Part shown: positions 12,608 through 25,732 of the stretch, piece after piece
Layout of the letters: the number at the start of each line of letters is the position of its first letter
How positions within the stretch are numbered: position 1 is the stretch's first letter
NCBI GenBank assembly: GCA_001949185.1
Contig: BDGG01000006.1
Coordinates: 292,827 to 356,826, forward strand
DNA from: Ramazzottius varieornatus
Taxonomy: Eukaryota > Animalia > Tardigrada
Direction: 5' to 3'
DNA: 64,000 nucleotides
The notes under the pieces: generated by a model
What the model saw: the letters and a program-made list of their open reading frames with translations, nothing else
Told to the model about the DNA's origin: nothing
Database searches by the model: none
Translations under genes and position numbers: made by a program

Positions 12608-13296
12608 AATGTTACACTCTACTTGATGGTGATTTCGCCAAGTTCCCAGGTCCCCCCTCATCTGTTTTTTGATGACCTCCTTCCTAACATTTCCCTCTTG
12701 TTCCTTCCCCCTGTGTTTTAGTGTTCCTCCCTGACAAACCCGATGCAGCTCTGCCTGGCCGTAATTTTTAGGATTGTTGATTTGAAATTTTTATCCTTTA
12801 TTTTTGCAGCTAATTCAGTCAAACTGAATGAACAAACCTGGCGTTAAAGATGTTCAAATGCTCATTATTTTCGAGGTTCGTCCGATGAGCGATGACGCTC
12901 CACAAATGATACGTGTCTTTCTGAATCAAAAGGCACTGTCAAATTATCTGTCACAGACTCACAGTGCAGAAAAGTCTCGTCACCGAGATAGTTCGTTTGG
13001 CCAGTGAGATGCAAATGTGCGAATCAAATACAGATTTGTCTGAAGATGAAGTGGAGCGTCAGACTCTGATATTAACACCCTGTTAGCAACAAACTGTGCT
13101 GCACATTGGGGGGTGTTGACGAATTTGACAGGTGGTTTATTGACAAAAGAAGCGCGAGGTAACCCACTTAACGCAACAAAACATGTAGGTACGCGCGAAA
13201 AAAAGTTTCCCCCTTATAACCGGCGCAACATCGAAAGCTGAAAATGTTTCCAGATGCCATCATCGATTACTGGTTGGAAGTCCATCACCTGGCATC

Positions 13297-15291
13297 ATGT
13301 CGCTGCTGACAGCTGATTTCTTCATGATACTGGCGCTTTTTCTTCATGTGGCTGCTGGCGGTCCAGCGATGCAAGTCCAGCGAGGCAAACGACAAGTCCT
13401 CCTCAACAACCAACTGCCATCGGTCACCAACCAGGAAACGGCGGCGCAATGCGAGGCGCTAAGCGGTCAACCAGCCCCACTCGGATGCAGTTACCTTCCG
13501 CTAGTTAATGACGCCAGCGGCAACCCCCAAAACTGTCGTCTGGACTGTGCCGCCGGCGTCGCTCCCCTCTCCCTGCAAGCAGTGTCCAACGAACTGGGGC
13601 CTCTGACCTTCCCTCAACTAGGCGACGGCTTTTTCTCCAGCCTCAATCAAATCAATACCGTCGCCATCGATTTCAGCAACATCAACACTTACAGCGGCAA
13701 CTCCTTCGCCGTATTACCGACGACACCTTCCCCCTTCCTGACCACGGCCAGTAACCTTGTCAGGGGCAAGTTTCGACGCCTCTCCAGCTTAAGCTCCAGC
13801 AGCTTGATCGAGGCCTGCATCAATTCTGGTCAGGTGCCGGATGCTGGCTGTTCCTTCAATGGTAACGGCTCACCTGCGCCCTTTTTGACCTGCTCCCAGA
13901 GTTGCACTTCGGCCTTTTGTGATCCGCAAGCAGGTCCCCTCATCGAGCGTTGCTTGTGCGCTCGCGGAGCACCCCCGCTTGGCTGTAGTTACACCTTTGG
14001 AGGGACACTGGACCCACTGACCTGCTCACAAGTCTGTAGGCCTTCATTTCCGACCAGCCAAACTTTGCCGTCGGATGCCTTGATCGAAGCATGCATCGCT
14101 GCTGGTGCCTCCCCAGGTCCAGGTTGCTCTTTCAGCGGCTATGGCACGTTTGGGCCTCCGCCAACTTGCGGGCAAATCTGTCCTCCTCCACCCTTCCCCA
14201 TCGGTGCCCCATGTAGCCCGACGGCTGGTTCGCATATTGAGCAGTGCTTGTGCAGAGGACCGCCTAACCGTGGTTGCAGTTACAAGCTGGCAGGCTCTTC
14301 CAATCCCTTGTCCTGCTTGCAGATGTGCGTGGCGGTCTCTCCTATCACCCCGTCAACCACTACGCTACGCCCAACTGTTAATACTAGTTGCATTGCCCAG
14401 CAAGGTCCTCCGCCAGCAGGTTGCTCGTATGCCAGCAGCAGTCCCATATCGCCGGCCATGACTTGTGCAATAGTCTGTGGTCCTCCGCCTTTCTTAAGCT
14501 GCGATCCATATGTGGGCAGTCATATTGAGCGATGTTTATGTGCCAACCGAGCAAACGGAGGTCCTGCGCCTGGTTGTACTTACATGACAACGGGCTCATC
14601 CAACCCACTGACCTGTCCACAAGAGTGCTTTACGCCTAGCTTTCCCGATATCACCTCCACAAGCACGATATCTCCATCGACCACCATATCTGCGGACACA
14701 GCCATACAACAATGCCTGGATGTAAAAGGTCCTCCTTCGCGAGGCTGCTCATACAGCGGCACTGTGACGTCAAGTGGTATACTGACGTGTGCTCAAGTCT
14801 GTGCTCCTGCACCTTTTCCTATCAGTCCTCCTTGTGACCCCACCGTTGGATCAAACGTCGAGCGATGCTTGTGCGCTAATGGGTCACCGCCCAGTGGCTG
14901 CAGTTACTTGGCTAGCGGATCGTTCAATCCGTTGGCCTGTCTTCTGGTGTGCATTCCGCCGTCTCCCGCTGCAGGGGTTACAACGACCAGCTCGACTACA
15001 ACGCCTACGGTATGCTCTGCAGACGCACAGATTGAAAGTTGCATCGCTGCCGGGATATCTCCAGCTGCAGGCTGCAGTTTCAGTGGCACCGCTTCTCAAG
15101 GTATATGTGGTGAAGTTTGCCCACAGGATCCTCTCGTCAGTAGTCCCTGCGACCCAAATGCTGCAAGCCCCATTGAGCGCTGTCTGTGCATCCAAGGATC
15201 CCCTCCACCTGCATGCACCTACAAAACCTGTGGCTCAGGCCCTAATAGCTGTGCAATGCTTTGTGTAGCTCCAACCCCTTCTCCTGGTTAA
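13297..15291 (+). CDS. Intronless secreted Cys/Pro/Ser/Thr-rich repeat protein (664 aa), family not recognised
   Basis: Hydrophobic signal peptide, RGKR|Q convertase site, one 4-Cys N-module, and five 10-Cys repeats (…IERCLC…GCxY…NPLxCxQxC) separated by S/T-rich linkers. Confidence 0.9.
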   Translation: MSLLTADFFMILALFLHVAAGGPAMQVQRGKRQVLLNNQLPSVTNQETAAQCEALSGQPAPLGCSYLPLVNDASGNPQNCRLDCAAGVAPLSLQAVSNELGPLTFPQLGDGFFSSLNQINTVAIDFSNINTYSGNSFAVLPTTPSPFLTTASNLVRGKFRRLSSLSSSSLIEACINSGQVPDAGCSFNGNGSPAPFLTCSQSCTSAFCDPQAGPLIERCLCARGAPPLGCSYTFGGTLDPLTCSQVCRPSFPTSQTLPSDALIEACIAAGASPGPGCSFSGYGTFGPPPTCGQICPPPPFPIGAPCSPTAGSHIEQCLCRGPPNRGCSYKLAGSSNPLSCLQMCVAVSPITPSTTTLRPTVNTSCIAQQGPPPAGCSYASSSPISPAMTCAIVCGPPPFLSCDPYVGSHIERCLCANRANGGPAPGCTYMTTGSSNPLTCPQECFTPSFPDITSTSTISPSTTISADTAIQQCLDVKGPPSRGCSYSGTVTSSGILTCAQVCAPAPFPISPPCDPTVGSNVERCLCANGSPPSGCSYLASGSFNPLACLLVCIPPSPAAGVTTTSSTTTPTVCSADAQIESCIAAGISPAAGCSFSGTASQGICGEVCPQDPLVSSPCDPNAASPIERCLCIQGSPPPACTYKTCGSGPNSCAMLCVAPTPSPG

Positions 15292-16448
15292 TCATCATCA
15301 GCAACTTAGCTTATATTGCTGTAATGTGTGTAATAAGATTTTCCTTCACTGAAGCTTTTCGCCAAAGCAACCCCAATTTCACTATGTAGTCCAAGAAAAA
15401 GAATATGCTACACACTTACAGAGTAATGCACGTCAGCGGAGCGTTCCACTGGGCCTAGCATCTTATCAGGCCGAGCGAAGCCAGGCCCTTTTAAGTCTGT
15501 CAAGATTTCAATGGACGGTCAGATTCTTCGAGCTGTCAGATATCGCAAACACAGTACTGAAAAAAGACACGCCACTTGATCGGGGTGATCAAAATTTTTA
15601 CTGGAGAACCGTACTGTAAGTCACAAGTTACGACTTACAATGGCAGTACACGTAACTGGAATAATTATTGGCCACCCGTTTATTTCGGCGATCAGTGAGC
15701 GACTCGATTGAATCGACTGAAGATCATCCACATAGCTTATGAACATGAAAGGTCCACCAGACGAAGGCAAAACAGTCGGCTTTCTAGACGGCTCCAAAAG
15801 CGGGTGACCAATCATTGGGAACCGGCCAACAATTATCCGAGGTACGTGTGCTGCACCCATTTTCGCGCCGAAAACGCACTGTCACCACGCCAGCAGCAAC
15901 CCTAATCAAAGTGCTCGCTCTACAATGGTTTGCCTCCTTTGCTCGGCCTTTCCAGTGGTCAGAACCACTAGCTAGTTGGTACAGTGGTAATGGATCATTG
16001 CCGCACTTAATGGCCACATTGATGCGAGCGAGCTCCTGATTCACCCGTATGGGTTCGCTCTCTGTCAGCTCGATGCTGCCGTGCCACTCACTCCACACAG
16101 CACCAACATAACACGATCTTTCAGCAAGGATGAAGCCGTTCTGCATGTCCCTCCTTCCTTGTACACACAGCTCCTTTCTTCCCACCATCAGCTTAAGCAG
16201 CCGACGGCTCAGCGTGCTCCACGCGTAATCATCTGTCTCACTTCGCTTACGGACCTTAACAGAGCTGCTGTCCCCTTCGACGTTTATCTACGTGCACTAT
16301 GCTTCTCCACCATCCTTCTTCCTTCTCTTCTGCGTCATATAAAGTACATTTTTTGTGCTTTCGTAACGATAATCTTCCAGCTGTCCGTCTCGACGACCTT
16401 CTCTAGCTAACTGGGTAAGCAAGCTGCTTTCTGGACATAATATTGAAT

Positions 16449-18081
16449 ATGGAGTTCTGGCCCAGCTCACCATGGCGGTTCGAACATCAGTTGGATTATA
16501 GAGCTGTCCGACCGCGAGAAGATATTGCCCAGCTGAAACAGCGCGAAAGGAAGGCGCAAGAAGCGGAGAAAGCATCGACATGGAACGGCATCCCCGTAGG
16601 CAGACGGCACAGCGGCGTCAAGGCACATCTAATTGACTTATCATATCTAAGCCTAGCCTTGACGTTCCTCTTCAGCAGCTCCACAACGCTGGCAGCCACC
16701 TTCACGCCAGCTGATGCTTCTCTCCTCGTCACGCTCAGCCCGGGCCCCACTCCTGCTGTTGACATGCCGGAAGTCAATTACCCCAGCCGAAAACCCATCT
16801 CATACACCCGCAACGATACCTCCATCTGTCAAAACAGCACCAATAGCCGGCTAAGGAATATCTCCTCGTATTATCATACACCGTGGTTGGATCGTTCATT
16901 TTGTTCATTTCCGCGTGATGACCTATCTCTTTCTGAACCAAGTATTCAGCTTTCTCAGCTCCCCGTTAGCTCTGATTGTCGTCCCAGCGACCCTTCCGTA
17001 TTGGACAAGTTGCTCTTTCAATGTGATATGGCCCCGGCTAAGCGTTCGCGACAGAATTTCCAGGCCTCCAAGCTGGAATTTTGCTCGGATTACGGGCTGG
17101 AGAAAGTGTTGGGTGGATACGATGCCTGCGTCATGAAAGGCGAGAAGGAAGAGTGCCAGCAGTGTCTGCGCAGTATTTACCAAATGGACCAGCAGGTCAA
17201 ACTTGTCTATTGCCATTTTGCACGGGATATCCTGGGTCGCTTCGACTGCGAGACACCCTTCTCCGTCAAATGGAACTGCACGCACTGCCAGGTTCGTGCT
17301 AGCTAGCCCAAGAGAGAACTCAAGCACAGCTGTAATGATAGGCCTAGCGCTTACATAATCAGCGGCTTATAGCTTCCTCCATCGACAGACTTGACGCCAC
17401 ATGTAACTCCGTTGAATAAAGAGGGCTGGAAAAAAACCAATCGATGTCTCCTCCTCTGAATATACATACCAACTAGCCGGATCTTTGTTCTTTGCTTCAG
17501 CAGACTTTTCAAGCTGTCAAGAACTCAAATGCGGGCCCTTATCTACCGCCCATTGTAGTTAGAAAGAAGTTGGCGAGCACAATGTCAGTTTCTTTGTCTT
17601 TGGCAGACGGCATACCGGCAGTGGTTGTGCGCCATGTTGATCCCCTTTCGCATGGACGAATACCTGATCAAGCCATGCCGCACATTCTGCACCGTGGTCG
17701 AACAACGCTGTCCATACTTGACTCCCGACGACCGTGTCATCATCGCCGGCGAACCCATGTTCCTTTGCAAAGGTAGGCCGCAACACCAGCAAGCCTCTTG
17801 TCTTCCTCACTGCCTCAACCATACAAACTTGTTTTGTAGACCCGGACATTCCCGAGCTGTACTCGGCCTATGACGAGCCACCACACTGCTACCAACCCTG
17901 CCATCTTCATCCCGGCCTCGAACCGGCGGAAGCCTGTCGAGACCACGAATTGCTCAAAGACCAACTGGCGGCCTATTACAACATGTCAAAGCATCCCCTG
18001 TCTTCCTCCAGCATACTCAACCTCTGTCATTTCGTCGCACTTTTATCCCTATTCCTGCCCGTAGTATTAGTCTCTGCATAA
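16449..18081 (+). CDS. NALF: NALCN auxiliary factor, FAM155/NLF-1 (Mid1-like) (exons ~16449-17291, 17607-17772, 17840-18081)
   Basis: Cys-rich domain RFDCETPFSVKWNCTHCQ|TAYRQWLC...KPCRTFCTVVEQRCPYLTPDD...AGEPMFLCK|DPDIP, with hydrophobic segments near both termini. Confidence 0.85.
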
Positions 18082-18130
18082 ATTTTGTTTGATCCTAGTC
18101 CAGTCTTTCCACAAAGAAAGAAAGAAATGG

Positions 18131-18240
18131 GAGCTCAGTGAGCAGAGTCGAGACCATCTCCAAGTGGTTCACGCTCCCACTTAAGAAGACCGCGTAAATG
18201 CGCCACTTTACAAAGTCTTGTCGAATTTCCTTCCGAACGT
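18131..18240. repeat. Palindromic element family 1, copy F (between convergent NALF and PP2C 3' ends)
   Basis: gagctcag..ccaagtggttcac-25 nt-atgcgccacttt, with tail tcttgtcgaatttccttccga. Confidence 0.7.
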
Positions 18241-18515
18241 GAAACTTACCAAGTCCTTATTACAATGCATCCCGTTACAATAAATAGTAATAAAAGTGTT
18301 ACTGCAATGAAGTAACAAAGCCTTCCCCAACCTATCGTCAAAAAGTTGTTTTCCGGGCAGACCAGAAGTAAATTATACCAGCTAGTAAAAAAGACCGGCG
18401 CGCCATTCTTGCCATCGGTCGAAGCTAGTCACATAAAGAGTACTCGTATAGGCTAAGAAGAGGGGGAAGTCTACCGTAATGAAAACCTCTATCTGTGTGA
18501 TACTGCTCGACAGCG

Positions 18516-20604
18516 TTAATCGGTGGCGACCTCTTGACTACTCTGTGTCTCAGCCTTGAGTTCTTGAGCTGCCGCAATGTCCAGCTTGGGTAGGGTGGTG
18601 ATGGGACTGAGGGGTGGACCGACGTCCAGCTTGGTCGGCAGGTCGGACTGTGCTACTTGTGAAGGGGAAGGAGTGTCGGTGGCCGCGTGCTCGGCCCCCG
18701 GTGGTGAGACCTGCTTGGCCCGGAAGTAGCCCATGACGGCGCTGTTGGAAGACCGGCCCGGCTCTTGACGAAGCTCCTGGTTCGGCCGCACTTCCCGCCA
18801 CACACGCTCAATCACGTATCGCCTGTGCAACAACATCATACGATAACCACTGGGAAAGAGGACTGCTGCAAGGACTTACTTGGCATTCATGGAGCCGCCA
18901 GGTGGGAAGCTCACTCCGCGTCGCTCCAAGATGCCTGATACCAGATGCGTTAGCGTGCTCACGTCCATTTCAGCATTTTCTGGTGTATTATCTTTTAAGA
19001 TATCTGAAAAAGTACATATTCGCATTTACGATATCCAGCACAGAAACCAGGCATACTTCCTGATGATAGGTGACCGCGTTTTCCTACCTTTTACAACATC
19101 GGCTATCGTACTGTCCAGCTCTTCTTCGTTCTTCTTGGCCGATTCGGAGACATGCGGCGCTCCGGGCAGCAAAATTATTACCACACTTATGTTATCCCGA
19201 GATCCCTGAAAGCACACAACCAACCCTTATTACCTGGTCAGGCAAATACGCAGTTAACAGCCTTTCCAGATGCACCTGCATACACCTGTGTCAAGATAAA
19301 ACTAGGGCTGCCTGTATGCAGGTGGATAATCGAAGACAATCTCATGCACCTGCATACCATTGGAGCATGGTAGGTATGAGATTCGTCGTATGCAGGTGCG
19401 TGCAAAGCGGCCCAAAACTTCAGGTGGTAGCCTGACCTTATTCAAGCAGTTGTCGACGAGGCTTTCACAGATGGCTTCCAGGTCATCAGTGACCGTCAGC
19501 TGATACCTGACAAAGGTGCAAGCATCCTCGTTGCTCATGACGTCCCAGACGCCGTCACAGGCCAGCAGGATAAACTCGTCCTGACTGCTGCGCAGGAAGT
19601 CTGAAATCTCGGGTTCGGGACTGATGAGTTGTTGAAAAGGGCCCATATTGGGCACGCGCTTGTACTCAAAGTCGCCCAGTGCCCGCGAGACGGCCAAGCT
19701 GCCATTGACACGCTGGATCATGACCGAGCCGCCGGCATTCTGGATGCGCTCCTTCTCTAGGGGGTTGATAGGCTTGTGGTCGTAAGTGGCCAGTGCCACC
19801 ATCTCTTTGGACACCACCAGGCCCCGACTGTCCCCACAGTTGGCCAGGTAGATGGTGTCGGGACTGACTAACGCACAGATGGCCGTCGAACCCGAACGGT
19901 CTTCCCCCGTCACCACGTCCGGCAGCTTGCGCATAAACTCATCTAACTACAAACACACAGAAACAATGCATTCAAGTTCTAACAGGGCCGTGCCCGGCAC
20001 GAACCTGTTCGCTGACTCCACGAGAATTCATCAGAGAAAAAGGCCCAGCAACGGAGCTGTTCGTCAAGTGTTTGCGGTTTCACAAAAAGATTCACAGAAA
20101 AAAAACCGCCTAAACGAGTTAAAACATGCGCAGCTTTGAACTCTGACGGCGAAAATTTGAATTTTCGACAAGTCTTACATTTAGAAAGCCACGAATGAGG
20201 CCGTTCTTTATGAGGTCCCTCTTCTTTTCCGGTGAAAGGTTCTGATCTTTCAGCTGCTGAAACTCATCCGTCTCCATGATATACTTCAGCATGTTCTCTG
20301 AGCAGAACTTGCTGACTTTGCCGCCCGCGTGCCCATCGTACACGCCGAAAAACGACCTGCAAACGCGAGAAAAATCGATATGTCCTTCGATCAACCCAAT
20401 GGAAATACATCGGATAATTGACGATATTTCTTTCTTATATTTTTACCACTGGTCAAAAGGAGCGCCGAGAGCGGTGAGAGCAGTGTGGGCATCCTCCATG
20501 TCGATGCGCCATCCCTGCATGGAGCATATGGCGTAACGCAGGCCATTGCCACTGCCCGACTCGCAGTGTTTGTCAGTTTTGGGCTTGTCCAGAAACGCTC
20601 CCAT
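18516..20604 (-). CDS. PPM1A/B: Protein phosphatase 2C, PPM1A/1B-type (multi-exon)
   Basis: [74 protein letters not shown]. Confidence 0.95.
19270..19401. repeat. Two tandem inverted-arm modules with 30-nt spacers (family 3; PP2C intron)
   Basis: ATGCACCTGCATAC-30 nt-GTATGCAGGTGGAT, then ATGCACCTGCATAC-30 nt-GTATGCAGGTGCGT. Confidence 0.8.
19981..20057 (+). repeat. Hairpin element family 2, copy b (PP2C intron)
   Basis: AACAGG-gc-CGTGC-ccg-GCACG-aa-CCTGTT...gaattcatcagagaaaaaggcc. Confidence 0.75.
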
Positions 20605-22704
20605 TGCCGAGGAAGGCCACTCTATGGAAGCTGCTGCACCGATCTGCAACCATTACTTATCCATCGCCAAAACTTAAGGGAAATCGGCAGTCAAACTCCA
20701 CAAGACTATTTTTCCGGCTGCTTGACCACTCTGACTTACCAAAAGTGGAGGTAAGACAACCTTGGGCGAGCGTTTAACCCGGGTTTCGGTAGGCTTGGAA
20801 GGCTGGACTGGCGAGGAGTGCTTGAAGACTTGTCGAAGACGCTGCCTCAACCCCGACAAGACCCGTGGGAGCCGAATTTTCAAACCTGCAACGAGGGAGA
20901 ACAGCAAAATCATCCACATCACAGTGAGGGAAGCCACACCGAAAACGCTGGGTTGCATTTCAAGTATTACAGAGACGGAAATCAGGACATACTGTAGATT
21001 GTACACGGTTTATAAACTGTCAACGTAACGTCGCTTCATGCCCATATTATCTTATTCACAAGATTTTTATCTGTAAGCTAAATAAGTAGGAGACTTAATT
21101 GAAGAGCTCATTTCAGAGTTTTTCGACAGTTTGCTCTGCTCGGTTTCTTACGAGGTCGGTCGGCTGAGTCTAACCTTAGATTATTCCGCGTGGGGTGAGA
21201 TACTGGCCTTTCTAACCTTCATGAATTTGCAAATCTCCCGTAGTTTACGCGTGATGTGCATTTAAAAACGAATCGTGGAGCGCCATCGGAAATCGATGGA
21301 GAAGGAGAGAGAGCGTCAACACGACAGAGCTTCACTTTCAACAACTTTCTCTTCAGTACCACCCAAGAAAATCCCGCCATCCACGCTTCCTTTCTCATTC
21401 GACAGTCCTACACCGTCCACAATCCTGCCAGCGAGAAATCAGAGCAACTGATGCCAGGAGGAAGCCGCCAACGTGGTGTGCCTGTTCGCCTCTCTCCACA
21501 CCGTTAACAGGATGCTCTACTCAATCCTCATCTACAGCCTCCATTATAGCCGTTATGACCCTTCACACTGCGCCACATGCTCATTTAAATCGTCTCGTGA
21601 GTGTGCTACATCCACGGGGATTCATACCTACCTGCAAAAAGCTCCAAATTACAGACGCTTACTTCCCCTCATGAAAGAAAAAAACTTCTGAAGAAAATAC
21701 TAGCTTATTGAACTACCGCCAATCAAGTCAATCAACCACATCCTGACTCAATCAGCAATCAACTGAGGGAACACCTTCGAAAATTCATTCTCCACCCAAA
21801 ACGTCAACTTCTCTCCTTTGTCGCAGCATCTCTATTTCCCCACAACTTCTTAGAAGCCCGCGGAGGTTCTCTTAGAGAAGCCGAGATGTTTTCCACGAAC
21901 AAATGATAGTTTCACCTGAATGAGAGCAGCTGGTTACCGCGACGACGTGCTGCTCCTTTCTTTCTTTGCTTGCTTCCCCTCGCCCTGCTGAGATAGCTTT
22001 CCCTTCGTCCGCTCACAGTTCCGTAAAGTGAAGGCTGATCAGAACGGTAAACCACGCTTCAGATTCCGAGTAGGAACAGAAAACGAGAAGGTGGAACGAT
22101 AAGTAAACTTTCGAGTACGAGATCGACTTACGGGTCCTACAATAACTCTTCCCTTCGTCAGCCAATCTAGCGCTTCCGAATCCACATAACTCCAAATGAT
22201 GAATACTATGAGCGTATTTCGCGAGGTTGAACAGGGAATAAATTATTATCGCGTTTGCGATGGTGATATGAGGGAGAAGAGGCGACTGACCGTCGACGGA
22301 CGAAGAAATAAAACTTTTGCCCGTTGCATAAATTAGATTCTGTTGCAACAAATCAATCAAGAAAACCAAATGTATTGCACAGCTATCTGGGGCGAAGCTG
22401 ATAGCTCTTTCGCTATTGCTACGATTGATTGATAGTTCGGGTTGCCTTACTGGAATGCTTCCGCTTCGCTTCTTCCACCCGCCTGGTTATCACGCCTACT
22501 CTGCATCAAAACAGATGGGAGTAGGGTCTATCCCGTAAACCTCCGCGTAGGACTTACACTTACTTGATTAGGGCAACTTGATTGGGATCAGCTGGTCGGA
22601 CAATTCGTTCAAATCTGCTGACTGCTGGCTGAGTGCTGAGCGATAAGATTCTTTCCTTCACAGGTAATCCATCAAGCGAAGCTCTTCTGCACGAAATTCT
22701 AGCC

Positions 22705-25150
22705 ATGGCTACAGAAAGGGAACCACCGCCGTTGACACTGGACGGCGAGGCGTCAAAGCAGGACTCAGATCACGAGGGAGACCTATTCAAGTCTGCGCTG
22801 GAGGTAAGTTCGACGCGTGGCATTTGTGGGTGGTTCACTTCTACTGTTTGCCTGTCTGGCTAATCAAATCTGTCTGTTTATCGTTTTTCAACCTATACAG
22901 GATCCAGTGGACTCAATTGGCAACAGCCCCTTTGGGAATAGTCCATTTGGCAATGAAGAGGAAAACACTAATGGGCTGAATGCTGACTTCGGGAAAATTA
23001 CCCTACGGAATAACGAGACGCGAGTACGCGATGTGGAGAATGACGCACCGTCCAACACCTCGTCCATCATCTCGCGCATCAATTACCTCCCGGATACCTC
23101 TGGGGGAGATGGTCAGATGAACAATTCATACAACAGAAAGGTAGGAAATCGGGGGATCATTGGGATGGTAGGATTCAGCGACTTGGATATTTGAAATGTT
23201 GTCGGTCATGTGATCCAATGCATTCTACCCGATATCACGTGACTTGTTCTCTAGTTGATTGTGAGCGTTGGTTGAAGGGTCCACGTTTGTGTTTGTAGTC
23301 TTCGATGGACGAGGAAGAAGCGGAGGGAGAAGACAAGTTCATCATCGTGACCGTCACAGAGCCACAGAAAGTCAACGAAGGGATCAACGCCTACGTGCAG
23401 TACAAAGTCAACACGGAAACGTCGTTGCCCATCTTCAAGAAGCGCAAGTTCTCCGTCCTGCGTCGTTTCAGTGACTTTCTGGGTCTTCACGAGAAGCTGC
23501 AAGAGAAGCACATTCATGTGGGTCGCTTGGTCCCTCCGGCGCCCGAGAAGAGCGTGTCAGGTATGGTCAAGACCAAGATGGGCAAGGGCGACACGGCGGG
23601 ACAAGAGTCTAACGACTTTGTGGAACGGCGTCGGGCCGCGCTGGAACGCTTCCTGAACCGCACCGCCCAGCATCCCGTCCTCCGCATGGACCCTGACTTT
23701 AGAGAGTTCCTGGAGATGGACGAAGCCTTGCCCAGGTCCAGCAACACCAGTGCCTTTAGTGGCGCCGGTGTTATGAGACTGTTCAACAAAGTGGGTGAAC
23801 AAGTCAAGAACTTCACCGCTAAAATGGACGAAAAAGACCAGGTAAATCTCGGCGTTCCCTACGTACTTTTCTTGTGTCAGCTCGCCAGTTAACTTCGCCG
23901 TTTCTGTACGAGAATAACCGACAGGCCGTGCTTGGCATGGACTTGTTCAAGGTTGTCGTGGACATTTTGTAGAGAAAGGGCGAATGGGCGAAACGAACCG
24001 AACATTTTTTCCACGGGCAAACTCCCGTATTGACCTGTTCAACGGTGCGAGTGAACGTTGGTTCTTTGTGCTTGCAGTGGTTCGAAGACAAGACTGTGCA
24101 GACTGAGAATATGGAAGTGCAGCTGAGGAAACTTCACGCTAGTGTCGAAGCTTTGTCGCACCATCGCAGAGGTGACATCAGTCTGGGAATACGTTAGCTG
24201 ATTTGCCTGCTGTGTTACGATTGTTGCTTGTTACAGATCTGGCCAATAGTACGGGCATCTTTGCCAAGTCCGCCGCCATGCTGGCCAACTGTGAAGAGCA
24301 CACGTCCTTGTCGCGAGCTTTGAGTCAGCTGGCGCAGACGGAAGAGAAAATCGACTTGCTGTACCAAGAGCAAGCTGTGACGGACTATTCGCTGCTGGCT
24401 GAACTGCTGCGAGACTACATTGGCCTTCTCGGAACAGTCAAGGTAATACAGACCTGTGTAATTTTGGGTGGGGATGGTGTTCGGTTCCAACGGGGAAGTG
24501 GTTATTTGTAGGAAGTGTTGCATCAGCGAGTGAAGATATTCACCAACTGGACCACAGCACAAACGACACTGGCCAAAAAGCGCGAGACCAAAGTCAAACT
24601 GGAACTGGCCAGTAAACATGACAAGATTCAGGCAGCTCAAGACGAAGTTAGAGAGGTAATAAATCAACGTCCAACTTTCAACAATTGGAACCTAAGTTAG
24701 GCGGGAAAACTGAACAGTGTCGTTAAATCCAAGTTACGCACACTTCTAGCCAGTAACAGTGCAAACGTGCGCCACATGGAAAACTTTGCCGAGTTCATCT
24801 GCCTAGCTTCTAGTTACCTTTGAAACTGGAATTGCATTTGTGGATTGGTTGTTTCTTTAATGAGGGGGTAATGTGTTTGTAGTGGGAAGAGAAAGTGGAG
24901 ACTGGCGAACGAGATTTCGAGCAAATCTCGGACATGATCAAGAAGGAAATGGACAGGTTTGAACGGACGCGCATCAAAGATTTCAAGGAAACTTTGGTGA
25001 AATACTTGGAAGCTCTGATGCTTCACCAGCAACAGGTAAAAGCGCTCTGAACCTTCCGCATAAGCTCGGAACCTAATCGAATGCAATCAACAGCTCATCA
25101 AGTACTGGGAAGCCTTCCTCCCGGAAGCGCGCTCCATCTCGGCGGTATGA
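22705..25150 (+). CDS. SNX1/2: Sorting nexin 1/2 (PX-BAR, retromer-associated; multi-exon)
   Basis: [10 protein letters not shown] start, PX domain [15 protein letters not shown]...VPPAPEKS...[16 protein letters not shown] helices, C-terminal [12 protein letters not shown]. Confidence 0.93.
23920..23990 (+). repeat. Hairpin element family 2, copy c (SNX intron)
   Basis: GACAGG-c-CGTGC-ttg-GCATG-ga-CTTGTT...attttgtagagaaagggcgaa. Confidence 0.7.
24696..24808. repeat. Palindromic element family 1, copy G (SNX intron)
   Basis: tccaagttacgcac-25 nt-gtgcgccacatggaaaac, with tail tttgccgagtt. Confidence 0.75.
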
Positions 25151-25732
25151 GTGAATCCCTTGACACTACACTTGCCCCGTATGGTCTTCACACGTCCTTC
25201 GTCCCGTTGAACATGACCCGAACCTTCATTCATCCGTCAAGCTTCGTCGTTTACAGGCCAGCTTCATGCCGCTGCCCGCCCGGCTCGAAACTTCCTCTAG
25301 ATTAATATATCAACAAAAGTCTCTTTTTCTACTTCCCTCTTCCATACTTATCCTGTCTCATGGTTGTCGCTTTTATTCGCAAGTCGGTCTTTTTTATCAT
25401 GTGTCTCTGTGGAATTTTGATAGATAGCTGTTGCGTTCCGGTTTATGCAAATCACTGTTGCTCCATCCAAAGTCGAAGCTCTAAAATGGCATTCCTGCAA
25501 TACTAGAGTGATTGCTGTTTATTTATTCGTCGGTATCTTCTCGCTCAGCTCTCAAAGTCTGCTCTGCTGTCCCCTTTCTTCATTTTTTCCATCCAGTTTT
25601 ATCAGTGAAACGTTTTACCTATTAATCTGCCATTAAGCTTTCTATTGGAAAAATATTGCCAGGAATTAAGACAGAAACGCTTTCTGGAAAGCGAGTTTTA
25701 TAAAAACGTCCAAGGTTTCCCATTCACAGAGT

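Noticed and set aside
15450-15490. ggccgagcgaagccaggcc as a Helentron-like terminal palindrome
   Set aside because: It is a single imperfect copy with no matching other end in the window.
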